A program made the position numbers and the translations under genes. A DNA stretch of 52,021 bases. Source: an uncultured Methylomarinum sp. (GTDB lineage Bacteria > Pseudomonadota > Gammaproteobacteria > Methylococcales > Methylomonadaceae). The notes under the pieces are model-generated. The model saw nothing but the letters and a program-made list of their open reading frames with translations, was not told the DNA's origin and made no database searches. Where the stretch lies: NCBI GenBank assembly GCA_964472945.1, contig CAYYNM010000002.1:1-52021 (forward strand), in the 5' to 3' direction. Positions 17,304 to 26,359 of the stretch are shown one piece after another. How positions within the stretch are numbered: position 1 is the first letter of the stretch; each line of letters opens with the position of its first letter.

Positions 17304-18512
17304 ATGAGTGAAGATTTGAATTATGGCAAACCGCCAATCGATGGCGTTCGGTATTGCGCCAGGTGTTGTTTTCCCGAAACGGTTGAAGGTATTGAGTTTG
17401 ACGAAATGGGCATATGTCGTTCATGTCAGTCCTCTGAACAAAAAATTCACATCAACTGGAAAGAGAAAGAAAAAGAGCTTGGAGAAATAATCAAGCATGC
17501 TAAAGAAAAATCAGGCGATAACTATGATTGTGTGATACCCATAAGCGGTGGTAAGGACAGCACATTTCAGCTCTACGTGCTTACCCAGATATATGGCATG
17601 AACCCACTGGCAGTGACATTCAATCATAATTGGCTTAGCAAAACCGGTTTTTATAACCTTATGAATTGTTTGGAAGAGTTTGATGTCGACCATATAATGT
17701 ATACACCAAAAAGAAGCACGATAAGTCGTTTAGCAAAGAAATCAATTGAGGAAATCGGTGATTCATGCTGGCATTGTCATGCAGGTATTGGTGCGTTTCC
17801 ACTACATATTGCACAAAAATTCAGAATACCTCTGTTGATCTGGGGTGAGTCAATTGCGGATTCATCTGGTAAAGCGACTTATGAAGATTCTAAGTTCAAG
17901 TTTGATAGAGACTATTTTACAAAAGTTTCTGCTAAGGTTCGCCCGGAACAAATGACTTGCGGTAACTCATCATTGTCAATGAAAGAACTTCATATGTTTG
18001 AGCCACCAACGGCTGATGAGTTGGAAGAGGCGGGTGTTTGGGGTATGCATTTAGGTGATTATATATTTTGGGACGATGAGCGCCAAACAGAGTTTGTGAA
18101 AAAACATTTTGGGTGGCGAGAAGTAGAGATGGAAGGTACCTATAAAAGGTATAAAGGAGTCGAATGCATCATGCAGGGGGTACATGATTTCATGTGTTAC
18201 CTCAAACGAGGTTATGCGCGTACAACCTGGCAGGCAAGTTTAGATGTCAGGAATGGCCTGATGACCAGGCAGGAAGCATTTGAATTAATAAAAAAACATG
18301 ATAAAGAAGTACCTGAAGCATTGGATTATTTTCTGGAAATTGCTGATATGGAAGAGAGTGAATTTTACGATATGATAAATAAATTAAAAGTGGAGGGTGT
18401 AAAAGGGATAGAGTTACCGACATCGCACCGCCAATCAGCTTTGGAAGAAACCAAGAGAAAACCTTTTGTGCGGCAACTAATTGATGAGTTAAGGCCTTCT
18501 AATGACGACTAA
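17304..18512 (+). CDS. N-acetyl sugar amidotransferase (PP-loop ATP pyrophosphatase; WbuX/PseA-like)
   Basis: 402 aa. It has an N-terminal Cys4 'CARCCFPET...FDEMGICRSCQ', the PP-loop 'ISGGKDST' and a second 'CWHCH' cluster. This architecture belongs to enzymes that convert N-acetyl to acetimidoyl groups. Confidence 0.78.
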   Translation: MSEDLNYGKPPIDGVRYCARCCFPETVEGIEFDEMGICRSCQSSEQKIHINWKEKEKELGEIIKHAKEKSGDNYDCVIPISGGKDSTFQLYVLTQIYGMNPLAVTFNHNWLSKTGFYNLMNCLEEFDVDHIMYTPKRSTISRLAKKSIEEIGDSCWHCHAGIGAFPLHIAQKFRIPLLIWGESIADSSGKATYEDSKFKFDRDYFTKVSAKVRPEQMTCGNSSLSMKELHMFEPPTADELEEAGVWGMHLGDYIFWDDERQTEFVKKHFGWREVEMEGTYKRYKGVECIMQGVHDFMCYLKRGYARTTWQASLDVRNGLMTRQEAFELIKKHDKEVPEALDYFLEIADMEESEFYDMINKLKVEGVKGIELPTSHRQSALEETKRKPFVRQLIDELRPSNDD

Positions 18513-19866
18513 TAAATCAAAAAGTTTATTTTACGACTACAATATTGAACAGTTACATTCTTTAATTAAGAGTAAAGAGTTACGTTACCGTGATCTTGTA
18601 GAAGAATGTATTAACAGAACGAAGGAAGTAGACCCTAAATATCACGTCTGGGCATCTTTTGATGAAGATGATTTCCTGAGTCAGGTTGATGACAATATGA
18701 CTCTTACAGGAAGAGATTATGATATGTCAGGTATTCCTGTGGCTGTTAAGGATATATTTAATACAATAACGCTGCCAACGCAGATGGGAAGTCCGTTATG
18801 GAAAGGTTTTACAGCAGGAAATGATGCTCGAGTTGTTCATACCTTAAAAGAGGCCGGTGCACTTATTGCTGGTAAAACTGTCACTGCCGAATTTGCTGTT
18901 CATGCTTTGAATGAAACCTTAAACCCACATGATATTTCACTCACTCCAGGCACATCCTCCAGTGGTTCCGTAGTTTCTATTGCAATGGGTGTTTGTCCAG
19001 TGGCGCTTGGAACTCAAACAGCCGGTTCAATTGTTCGTCCAGCTAGTTTTACGGGTGTCTATGGGTTTAAACCGTCATTTGGACTTGTGCCAAGAACAGG
19101 CATACTCAAAACTACGGATAGTCTTGATTCAGTAGGCTTTTTTACTATCCATTATAAAGATATTTTAAGGGTTTTTGAGGCAGTTAGGGTAAGGGGTAAA
19201 AATTACCCAATCAGTAATGCTGCCCTCTATGACGCGCAGCGACAGAATAAAGATAAATCAAGACCATGGCGAGTTGCATTTTTCAAGACCTGCACCTGGG
19301 GTGACGCAGCGGACTATGCAAAAGAAAATATGGAGCATTATATAAACAAACTTGCAAACCTGAATGATGTAGAAGTAGTAGAAGTAGAGTTGCCAAAAGA
19401 ATTTGAAAGAATTCATGATCTGCATTTGACGATATACAGGAAAGCACTTTCATATTATTTCAGTAAAGAATATAAAACATTTGACAAGATGTCAGACAAA
19501 ATGGTCGATTTGATTGAACAAGGAGTGAAAATATCACCGGCAGAATATTACGATGCGATTCGTGATCAGGATGCTCTTTGTAATTCAATGGATGAAATGA
19601 TGAAAAAATATGATGTGTTAATTTCTCTATCGACTGCTGGTGTTGCACCACCTAGAGAAATTGAAGAGATGCCTGATCCTGCATTGATCTGGAATACACT
19701 GCAATTACCCGTTGTAGCAGTTCCCGGATTTGTCAATGAAAATAATTTGCCTTACGGCTTTCAGGTGTGCAGCAGAAAATACAATGACTACTTGTTGTTA
19801 AATTTCCTCGATTATTTGCGCGAAAATGACATGATTCCGGAAAAGATGAATCCGGTTTTATCTTAA
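18502..19866 (+). CDS. Amidase-signature (AS) family amidase (GatA-like)
   Basis: 454 aa, overlapping the upstream gene by 11 nt. Motifs are 'GIPVAVKDIF' (catalytic Lys), 'GALIAGKTVTAEFA' and 'TPGTSSSGSVVSIAMGVCPVALGTQTAGSIVRPASFTGVYGFKPSFG' (Ser-cisSer block). Confidence 0.85.
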   Translation: MTTNKSKSLFYDYNIEQLHSLIKSKELRYRDLVEECINRTKEVDPKYHVWASFDEDDFLSQVDDNMTLTGRDYDMSGIPVAVKDIFNTITLPTQMGSPLWKGFTAGNDARVVHTLKEAGALIAGKTVTAEFAVHALNETLNPHDISLTPGTSSSGSVVSIAMGVCPVALGTQTAGSIVRPASFTGVYGFKPSFGLVPRTGILKTTDSLDSVGFFTIHYKDILRVFEAVRVRGKNYPISNAALYDAQRQNKDKSRPWRVAFFKTCTWGDAADYAKENMEHYINKLANLNDVEVVEVELPKEFERIHDLHLTIYRKALSYYFSKEYKTFDKMSDKMVDLIEQGVKISPAEYYDAIRDQDALCNSMDEMMKKYDVLISLSTAGVAPPREIEEMPDPALIWNTLQLPVVAVPGFVNENNLPYGFQVCSRKYNDYLLLNFLDYLRENDMIPEKMNPVLS

Positions 19867-19903
19867 TGCTATATAACTTTAGAAATGACAGGGATTATAA
19901 AAT

Positions 19904-20914
19904 ATGAGTTCTGAGTACAGTAAAATTAAGCCAATTCAGCAACTGGATGATGTGCTGTCAACTTTGGATTCTCTATTCGACGAATTCGAAAAAAAGAATC
20001 CTGAAAAAACACAGGTAAGCTGTCCATTCTGTAATGCTGATGAATCAGTTAAAGCTTTTTCATATAAAAATTGTGACTATCGTAAATGTTCTAATTGTGA
20101 ATCTGTTTATTTGTCACCACGAGTCACTGAAGAATGGTTGGGTGAATATTATTCTTTCATGCAGGAACGGTTTGCTTTTGAAATGCCGGAATCAAATCGA
20201 CAGTCTAGAATTGATAACCTGATGAAACCACGTTGGGAGCTTTTATATAACAAATTTAAACCCTTTATTAAAAGTTTGCCTGTGAAGCGTTATATGGAAG
20301 TGGGGCCGGGTGTGGGGTATTTCACTGAAGTGGCACAAATGAACAATTGTGCAGATGAATACATACTAATTGAGCCAGATGTTCATTGTCAGGAACAATT
20401 AAAAAAACTCGGTGGCAACACTAAAATTTATGACTGCATACTTGAGAATGTCGATGCAGCTGAGTGCGGTAAGGTCGATATCATATTTATTAATAGCGTT
20501 ATTGAGCATCCATTTTCAATTAATAACTTTTTTGCCAAGCTAAATGAGTTATTGAGTGATAATGGAATAATCGTGCTTGTTGATATGCACTGCAAGGGTC
20601 TTGATATTGAGGTTCTGAAAGAAAATACGCCAAATGTTAATGTCTATAGTATTTTGCAAATTGCTTCTATTAATGGTATTGAAACAATGTGCAAGAATAA
20701 TGGATTTGAAATGAAGGATGTGTTTTCTATTGGTAAAATGGATATTGATATTATTTATGAGTACGCTAAGAGTCTGGATGATGAACATCCGCTAAAAGGA
20801 TTTGAGAATGTTTTCGGTGGTGCTTTGGTTCGGCAAGAAATCCAGGATGTTTTATCAAAACATTTACTTACCGGTTATAATGGTTATATATTTCAAAAAT
20901 CTAGTAATAGTTAG
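19904..20914 (+). CDS. Class I SAM-dependent methyltransferase with an N-terminal Zn-ribbon
   Basis: 336 aa. 'CPFC...CSNC' is a four-Cys motif. 'YMEVGPGVGYF' is motif I, and 'VDIIFINSVIEHPF' and 'LSDNGIIVLV' are also present. Confidence 0.72.
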   Translation: MSSEYSKIKPIQQLDDVLSTLDSLFDEFEKKNPEKTQVSCPFCNADESVKAFSYKNCDYRKCSNCESVYLSPRVTEEWLGEYYSFMQERFAFEMPESNRQSRIDNLMKPRWELLYNKFKPFIKSLPVKRYMEVGPGVGYFTEVAQMNNCADEYILIEPDVHCQEQLKKLGGNTKIYDCILENVDAAECGKVDIIFINSVIEHPFSINNFFAKLNELLSDNGIIVLVDMHCKGLDIEVLKENTPNVNVYSILQIASINGIETMCKNNGFEMKDVFSIGKMDIDIIYEYAKSLDDEHPLKGFENVFGGALVRQEIQDVLSKHLLTGYNGYIFQKSSNS

Positions 20915-21071
20915 TTGATGTTGAGTAAAAGAATCATAACCAGTGGTTTCGGTGAAGAGCGACTGTTAGTTATAAATTACTTGTACGAAAAACATAACTG
21001 GAATTCTGTATTAAACTTTTTATGAGGTTTATGAAAATTATTATGAGAATAATATACAAAGTGGCCCATAT

Positions 21072-22136
21072 ATGAAAAATCATGAATTATATATGATCTC
21101 AGAGGATGAGAATATTCGGGATGCTATAAAGAAAATGGATGTTGAGCAACTGGATTTGTTGGTTGTTGTAAAACAAGACGCAACTGTAACTGGTGTTTTT
21201 ACTAGTGGTGATTTTAGAAATGCAGTACTAAAGGGAATAGATATAAATAACAAAGTTTCTACTATCGCAAACAAAAACTTTTTAAGTCTTGGTGAAAATT
21301 ACTCATTTGATGAGGCTTCAGAATTATTTGAAGATGAATACGTGGTTGTAGTTCCAGTCCTTCAAAATGATAAGCTAATTGATGTGGTGCATCGGAAAAA
21401 ATTCCATGGAAGTGATGGTGGCAACTTTAAACTTCTGGAAAAAAAACTGGCAACTGTCATCATGGCTGGTGGTAAAGGTACTCGGCTTGACCCTTTTACT
21501 AGAATTTTGCCAAAACCCCTTTTGCCACTCGGCGATGATCCTGTAATTAAAGTTATCATGGACGAATTTATATCGCATGGTTTAGAAAATTTTTTTATTA
21601 CCTTGAAAGATAAAGCAAAAATGATTAAAGCATATTTCCATGACCATGACATGGGATATAAAATCAACTATATTGATGAAGAAAAACCGTTGGGGACAGC
21701 TGGTTCTTTGAAGTTGATGGAAGATGTACTAGATGATGTATTTTTTGTCTCTAACTGCGATATTATTATTAAAAGCGATTATGCGGAGATTTTGTCTTTT
21801 CATAATAAAGGTGAATATTCGATCACTTTGGTAGGGGCAATGAAGCAATATTCTGTTCCCTACGGTGTTTGTGACATAGAAAAAGACGGAAAGTTAAAAT
21901 CATTTATAGAAAAGCCGGAATTTGATTATCTTGTTAATACAGGTTTGTATGTGATTGCCCCTTCAGTGATTAAACTGATTCCAGAAGATACGTATTTTGA
22001 TATGACTGACCTTTTAAAAGCCCTGATGGATAAGGGAGAGAGAATTGGTGTCTACCCTGTTTCTGAAAAATCATGGGTTGATGTTGGTCAATGGGAAGAA
22101 TTTAATAATGCATTGAATGATATTCGATTTATTTAA
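21072..22136 (+). CDS. ptmE: CBS-domain sugar-1-phosphate nucleotidyltransferase (PtmE-like, possibly a GlcN-1-P guanylyltransferase)
   Basis: 354 aa. An N-terminal CBS pair ('IRDAIKKMDVEQLDLLVVV...') is followed by 'VIMAGGKGTRLDPFTRILPKPLLPLG' and 'EEKPLGTAGSL'. Confidence 0.78.
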   Translation: MKNHELYMISEDENIRDAIKKMDVEQLDLLVVVKQDATVTGVFTSGDFRNAVLKGIDINNKVSTIANKNFLSLGENYSFDEASELFEDEYVVVVPVLQNDKLIDVVHRKKFHGSDGGNFKLLEKKLATVIMAGGKGTRLDPFTRILPKPLLPLGDDPVIKVIMDEFISHGLENFFITLKDKAKMIKAYFHDHDMGYKINYIDEEKPLGTAGSLKLMEDVLDDVFFVSNCDIIIKSDYAEILSFHNKGEYSITLVGAMKQYSVPYGVCDIEKDGKLKSFIEKPEFDYLVNTGLYVIAPSVIKLIPEDTYFDMTDLLKALMDKGERIGVYPVSEKSWVDVGQWEEFNNALNDIRFI

Positions 22137-22352
22137 TTGGCATTATCAAATACTAATAGTTAAAATAAATGTTTCTCCCTTTTTTATGACGATATATTCT
22201 GAATAATATTCCTTTTGGAGTTCAGTTATTTTCATGAGAATATCAGGGCTATTCTCTTATTGATTTTCCTGATTCTTTATCTAAAGAAGGTTTCATTCCA
22301 AGACAATCATGTAACCCTATAATAAGCGAGATTAACCTTTAGCGAGTATATT

Positions 22353-23855
22353 ATGAAGAAGATATTAGTAGAGCGTTTTCCTTCTATAGCAATTGACATA
22401 TTTCAACAACAACTAAAAAACTTAATAGATATTAAGATTGTTGTATATAATGGCGAAAAAATTGCTGTAAATCAAAATATTGAACTTTTAAATTCTTTAT
22501 CAATTTCAAAAGGTATTGGTATCGATTCTTGTCCTTGGTCTATAGGCTATATTGAGCAGAGATATTTTAGTGCGCATGAAGGTGTTTTTTTAAGTATTCT
22601 TTCTCGCTATGATATATATAAAAAAGCATTTACAACAGAAGAGATGTTAGATCACTACTATCGTCTAGTTAACTTCTGGATAAATAAAACAAAAAATATA
22701 GACGCTGTCTTTTCACTTGATATACCGCATGTACCTAGTTCTTTTGCACTATACTTGGTGACAAAGTTTTTAAAAATTCCATTTATCTATATTGATTCTG
22801 CTCTTGTTTATAATAAATTACAGTATTTAGGATGTTCTTTTAAACATAGAATGCTTTTAGCTGAAAATGAGCAGTTAACAGCAAAAGAATTTTTGACTGC
22901 TCATTATGATTTTTATACGGAGTATAATTCAGCTGATCAAGGCGTTGTTTCTAAATATGTCACATACTTAGAAAGTAGAGTAGAACGGTTATGGTGGAGT
23001 ATGTTAGTTCAAGATATTAATAGTAGTTTACCAATTTCCATTAAATCTATATTTAATGGAAATATAAAGTTAAGGGGTTTATACACGACAGAGCTAGGTT
23101 GGAAGATATCACGCAGAAGGTGGGATGACCCAAGATCTGGATTTTTACGCCCCTTTCTTTTTTTTGCAAAGTTACAAGAAAGAATAAAAATTTTATTTTC
23201 AAAAATAAGATATAGAAGGCTCTGTACAAACCATAAAAAACTCAATTCCTATATACTTTTTGCAGCAACAACGGAACCAGAATGTGCAACTTTACCTACT
23301 GCATTAGGTGGAAGGTCTATTGCAATAGCATTAAGAAGAATTGTTGAGGCGTTACCAGATGGTTGTACAGTCCTTTATAAAGGGCACCCAGGCCAGTTTG
23401 AACAGCAAGTATTATTTACAACAGAATGGAAAAGTAAATATTATTATGAGGACTTACAAAAGATAGGTAAAATAATCTTTGTAAGGGATGATATACCTAC
23501 GAAAGACTTGATTGAAGGCTCTATTGGTGTTGCTACAATTAATGGAACAATTGGGCTAGAGGCTTTGATGGGAGGAAGGCGTTGTATTACATTTGCTCCG
23601 CAGTGGTATGATGATTTTGATGGCTTACACTGTGTAAAATCTGGCAGTGATATTTCAGATGCTGTAAAATTAATGCTAGATAAAGTTTCTCCTAATCCGC
23701 AACCTAATCAGATTAAGTTTTCAAAACATTTTGTTGATATGGACGGTTATAATAATGCTACTTATACTAAAGAGGATTTTGAGAAAATATGTGCTGGTAT
23801 GTGGGGAGCATATAATGATTTTTTAGAAATTGATGATAGAAAATGGGAAGTATGA
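22353..23855 (+). CDS. Large orphan protein; candidate CMP-ulosonic-acid-dependent glycosyltransferase (Capsule_synth / sialyltransferase-like C-terminal half)
   Basis: 500 aa. The C-terminal 'ILFAATTEPE...LYKGHPGQ...IGVATINGTIGLEALMGGRRCITF' recalls the HP motif and the T(V/I)NST.G.EAL block of KpsC/KpsS/LpsZ-type enzymes. This is a recollection, not an alignment. Confidence 0.4.
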   Translation: MKKILVERFPSIAIDIFQQQLKNLIDIKIVVYNGEKIAVNQNIELLNSLSISKGIGIDSCPWSIGYIEQRYFSAHEGVFLSILSRYDIYKKAFTTEEMLDHYYRLVNFWINKTKNIDAVFSLDIPHVPSSFALYLVTKFLKIPFIYIDSALVYNKLQYLGCSFKHRMLLAENEQLTAKEFLTAHYDFYTEYNSADQGVVSKYVTYLESRVERLWWSMLVQDINSSLPISIKSIFNGNIKLRGLYTTELGWKISRRRWDDPRSGFLRPFLFFAKLQERIKILFSKIRYRRLCTNHKKLNSYILFAATTEPECATLPTALGGRSIAIALRRIVEALPDGCTVLYKGHPGQFEQQVLFTTEWKSKYYYEDLQKIGKIIFVRDDIPTKDLIEGSIGVATINGTIGLEALMGGRRCITFAPQWYDDFDGLHCVKSGSDISDAVKLMLDKVSPNPQPNQIKFSKHFVDMDGYNNATYTKEDFEKICAGMWGAYNDFLEIDDRKWEV

Positions 23856-24343
23856 TTATTGTCTAAAGAATTACTGGATAGAAAAAAAGACGCATGAATT
23901 TCGTTGATGATTGTAGAAGTAATGTTTTTTGTAATGATCGAAAAGTTTTTTTCAGAAGTAGTTGCAATTAACTTAAAAGTTCCCTGAATTGTTGGTTTAT
24001 TCTTATTTAGAATAAATTTTATTGGCGTTTTCTTGAAGTCTCTTTTGAATAGAATGGGCAAATTATCTAGGACAGTCCCTAGTATTAATATCAAATTTTG
24101 AAACGAGTGTAATAGGCAGTCTATCTTGTACTAATTTCTTTAATTTATACCTTTGTCAAATTTAAGCTCCTATTTATATAATTGGTCGATAATAGTAATG
24201 TGATGGAAAATTTCATAATAATTTAATACTTTTGTATTGTGATTTAGAATTATAAAACGTTATTTTAAATTCTATAAAACTATTGTTATTAAATTAATAT
24301 AATACTTCACATCTCATACATTTGTTTACATCTGGAGTAGGCA

Positions 24344-24955
24344 TTGAGTAATAAAATTGAATCTACGTTTCACGAATCCATAGCAGTTAAGCAGAAGTGC
24401 ATTGACATGGGTTTTAATGTTTTAGAAAAAATGGGAAATGAAATTACTGAGCTTTTACAAGTTGGCGGTAAAATCATGTTATGCGGCAATGGTGGTTCAG
24501 CCGCTGATGCACAACACCTAGCTGCTGAAATGCTTGTTCGATTACGTCCAAAGAATAACCGTGAAGGCATTCCCGCAATTGCTTTGGCACAGGATACTTC
24601 TACGATTACTGCATGCGGTAATGATTTTGGTTACGATGTGCTTTTTGAGCGCATGGTGACCACATTAGGAAATGAAGGGGATTGTCTCATTGCAATTACC
24701 ACATCAGGTAATTCTATAAATGTCATCAAAGCTATGCAAGCTGCAAGACATATAGGTATTAAAGTTTATGGTTTCCTGGGAGCAAGGGGTGGCGAAGCCT
24801 TACAGTATTGTGATGATGCTTTTGTTGTTCCAAGTGATAACACGGGTAGGATTCAGGAGTCACATATCACCGCTGGCCATGCCCTAATGGAATGCATCGA
24901 AGATAGTTTAATAGAAAATGGCTATCTTCATCTTCAGAGTCATAACTCGAAATGA
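24344..24955 (+). CDS. SIS-domain sugar-phosphate isomerase (GmhA-like)
   Basis: 203 aa. The TTG start has GGAG 7 nt upstream. Motifs are 'MLCGNGGSAADAQHLAAEM', 'ITTSGNS' and 'QESHITAGH'. Confidence 0.8.
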   Translation: MSNKIESTFHESIAVKQKCIDMGFNVLEKMGNEITELLQVGGKIMLCGNGGSAADAQHLAAEMLVRLRPKNNREGIPAIALAQDTSTITACGNDFGYDVLFERMVTTLGNEGDCLIAITTSGNSINVIKAMQAARHIGIKVYGFLGARGGEALQYCDDAFVVPSDNTGRIQESHITAGHALMECIEDSLIENGYLHLQSHNSK

Positions 24956-25467
24956 ATAATATGCAAAGTACAGTAATAAGCATTGATGATATTGATGTGA
25001 TTTTTTTTGATTTTGATGGTGTCTTAACAAATAATCTTGTGCATTTAGATCAAGATGGTAAAGAATGGGTAAGCTGTAGTCGAGCAGACGGATTAGCTTT
25101 CGACGTATTACGCAAACTAAATAAACCCGTATATATTCTTTCGACAGAAAAAAACTCAGTAGTAACAGCTAGAGCTAACAAGCTCAAAATACCTGCAATA
25201 CAAGGTGTTGAGAATAAGGCTGAAAAAATTAAAGTCTTGGTGAGTGAGATGAAGTTTGACCTTACTAAGGTGCTTTATGTTGGTAACGATTTGAATGACT
25301 TTCAGGCGATGGAGCTGTGCGGTTATACCGCTTGTCCATCTGATAGTCATGAAAAAATAAAAGAAATTTCATCTTTTGTGCTCGGTACTATGGGCGGAAA
25401 AGGTGTTGTTCGTGAATTACTGGAAAATGTTCTTAAGTTGAATTTTATTCAAATACTTTATCCATAA
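24952..25467 (+). CDS. HAD-IIIA (KdsC/YrbI-type) ulosonate-phosphate phosphatase
   Basis: 171 aa with an ATGA overlap. 'VIFFDFDGVLTNN' is the DxDG nucleophile motif. 'RADGLAFDVL', 'GNDLNDFQAM' and 'GGKGVVRELLE' are collinear with KdsC. Confidence 0.8.
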   Translation: MNNMQSTVISIDDIDVIFFDFDGVLTNNLVHLDQDGKEWVSCSRADGLAFDVLRKLNKPVYILSTEKNSVVTARANKLKIPAIQGVENKAEKIKVLVSEMKFDLTKVLYVGNDLNDFQAMELCGYTACPSDSHEKIKEISSFVLGTMGGKGVVRELLENVLKLNFIQILYP

Positions 25468-25488
25468 TTAAATTTAGAGAGGAAAGCT

Positions 25489-26334
25489 ATGTCTATATTT
25501 ATAGTTGCAGAAATTGGAATTAACCATAATGGTGATATGTCAATCTGTAAAGAATTAATTGATGTTGCATCAGACACGGGTTGTGATGCTGTTAAATTTC
25601 AAAAAAGAGATATCGACCAGGTATACACTCAAGATTTTCTTGATTCATCAAGAGAAAGTCCATGGGGAACAACTCAACGTGAACAGAAAGCGGGACTTGA
25701 GTTTACAGCTGATCAATATAATGAGATAGCTGACTACTGTAAAAGTAAAAAACTTGAATGGTTTGCTTCTGCTTGGGATACTAATAGCCAGAAATTTTTA
25801 CAACAGTTCAATTGTAAATTTAATAAAGTCGCTTCAGCTATGATTGTTCATGAAGAATTACTGAAGATGATTGCGCAAGAAAAGAAACACACTTTTATTT
25901 CAACGGGTATGACCACATACGAAGAAATCCAAACTGCTGTTGATATTTTTAGAGCTGCAGACTGTCCATTTGAATTAATGCATACAGTTTCTACTTATCC
26001 TATGAAGGATGAAGATGCCAATCTCAATATGATTAATACGCTAAGAGATAAATATCAGTGTGATGTTGGTTACAGTGGGCATGAGGTCGGTCTTGCAGTT
26101 TCTTATGCGGCTTCCGCCTTGGGAATTACATCACTTGAACGTCATATCACTGTTAATCGTGCAATGTATGGTTCTGATCAGTCAGCTTCTGTCGAGCCTG
26201 CAGGTATTCGCCAACTAGTGGGAGCCGTTAGAAAAATCGAAAAAGCAATGGGAGATGGTGTTAAAAAAGTGATTGATGCAGAAACACCCATTGCTCAAAA
26301 ATTACGTGAGCACCTAGCTTGGCAAGGTAGTTAA
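25489..26334 (+). CDS. NeuB-family PEP-condensing ulosonic acid synthase lacking the SAF domain
   Basis: 281 aa. Motifs are 'IVAEIGINHNGDMSICKELIDVASDTGCDAVKFQKR', 'GYSGHEVG' and 'LERHIT'. The protein ends right after the TIM barrel, with no C-terminal SAF/AFP-like domain, unlike the paralogue at 8442. Confidence 0.8.
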   Translation: MSIFIVAEIGINHNGDMSICKELIDVASDTGCDAVKFQKRDIDQVYTQDFLDSSRESPWGTTQREQKAGLEFTADQYNEIADYCKSKKLEWFASAWDTNSQKFLQQFNCKFNKVASAMIVHEELLKMIAQEKKHTFISTGMTTYEEIQTAVDIFRAADCPFELMHTVSTYPMKDEDANLNMINTLRDKYQCDVGYSGHEVGLAVSYAASALGITSLERHITVNRAMYGSDQSASVEPAGIRQLVGAVRKIEKAMGDGVKKVIDAETPIAQKLREHLAWQGS

Positions 26335-26359
26335 TCGTTCATTCTACAAGGTAAGCGAA

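Noticed and set aside
20918-21025. 35-codon ORF (MLSKRIITSGFGEERLLVINYLYEKHNWNSVLNFL) in the gap before the PtmE-like gene
   Set aside because: It is too short and has no recognisable similarity. It may be a gene remnant, but I have no evidence for that.
22318-22323. TATAAT hexamer upstream of ORF 22353, considered as an internal promoter -10 box
   Set aside because: The best -35 candidate at proper spacing matches only about half of the consensus. TATAAT-like strings are frequent in this AT-rich DNA, so it is not reportable as a feature.
23762-24094. 110-aa minus-strand ORF partly filling the 488-nt gap; considered as a divergently transcribed gene or pseudogene remnant
   Set aside because: Its 3' third overlaps the end of ORF 22353-23855. 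The composition (N/S/K/I/F-rich) is what AT-rich DNA gives in any frame. I see no ribosome-binding site and no recognisable domain.
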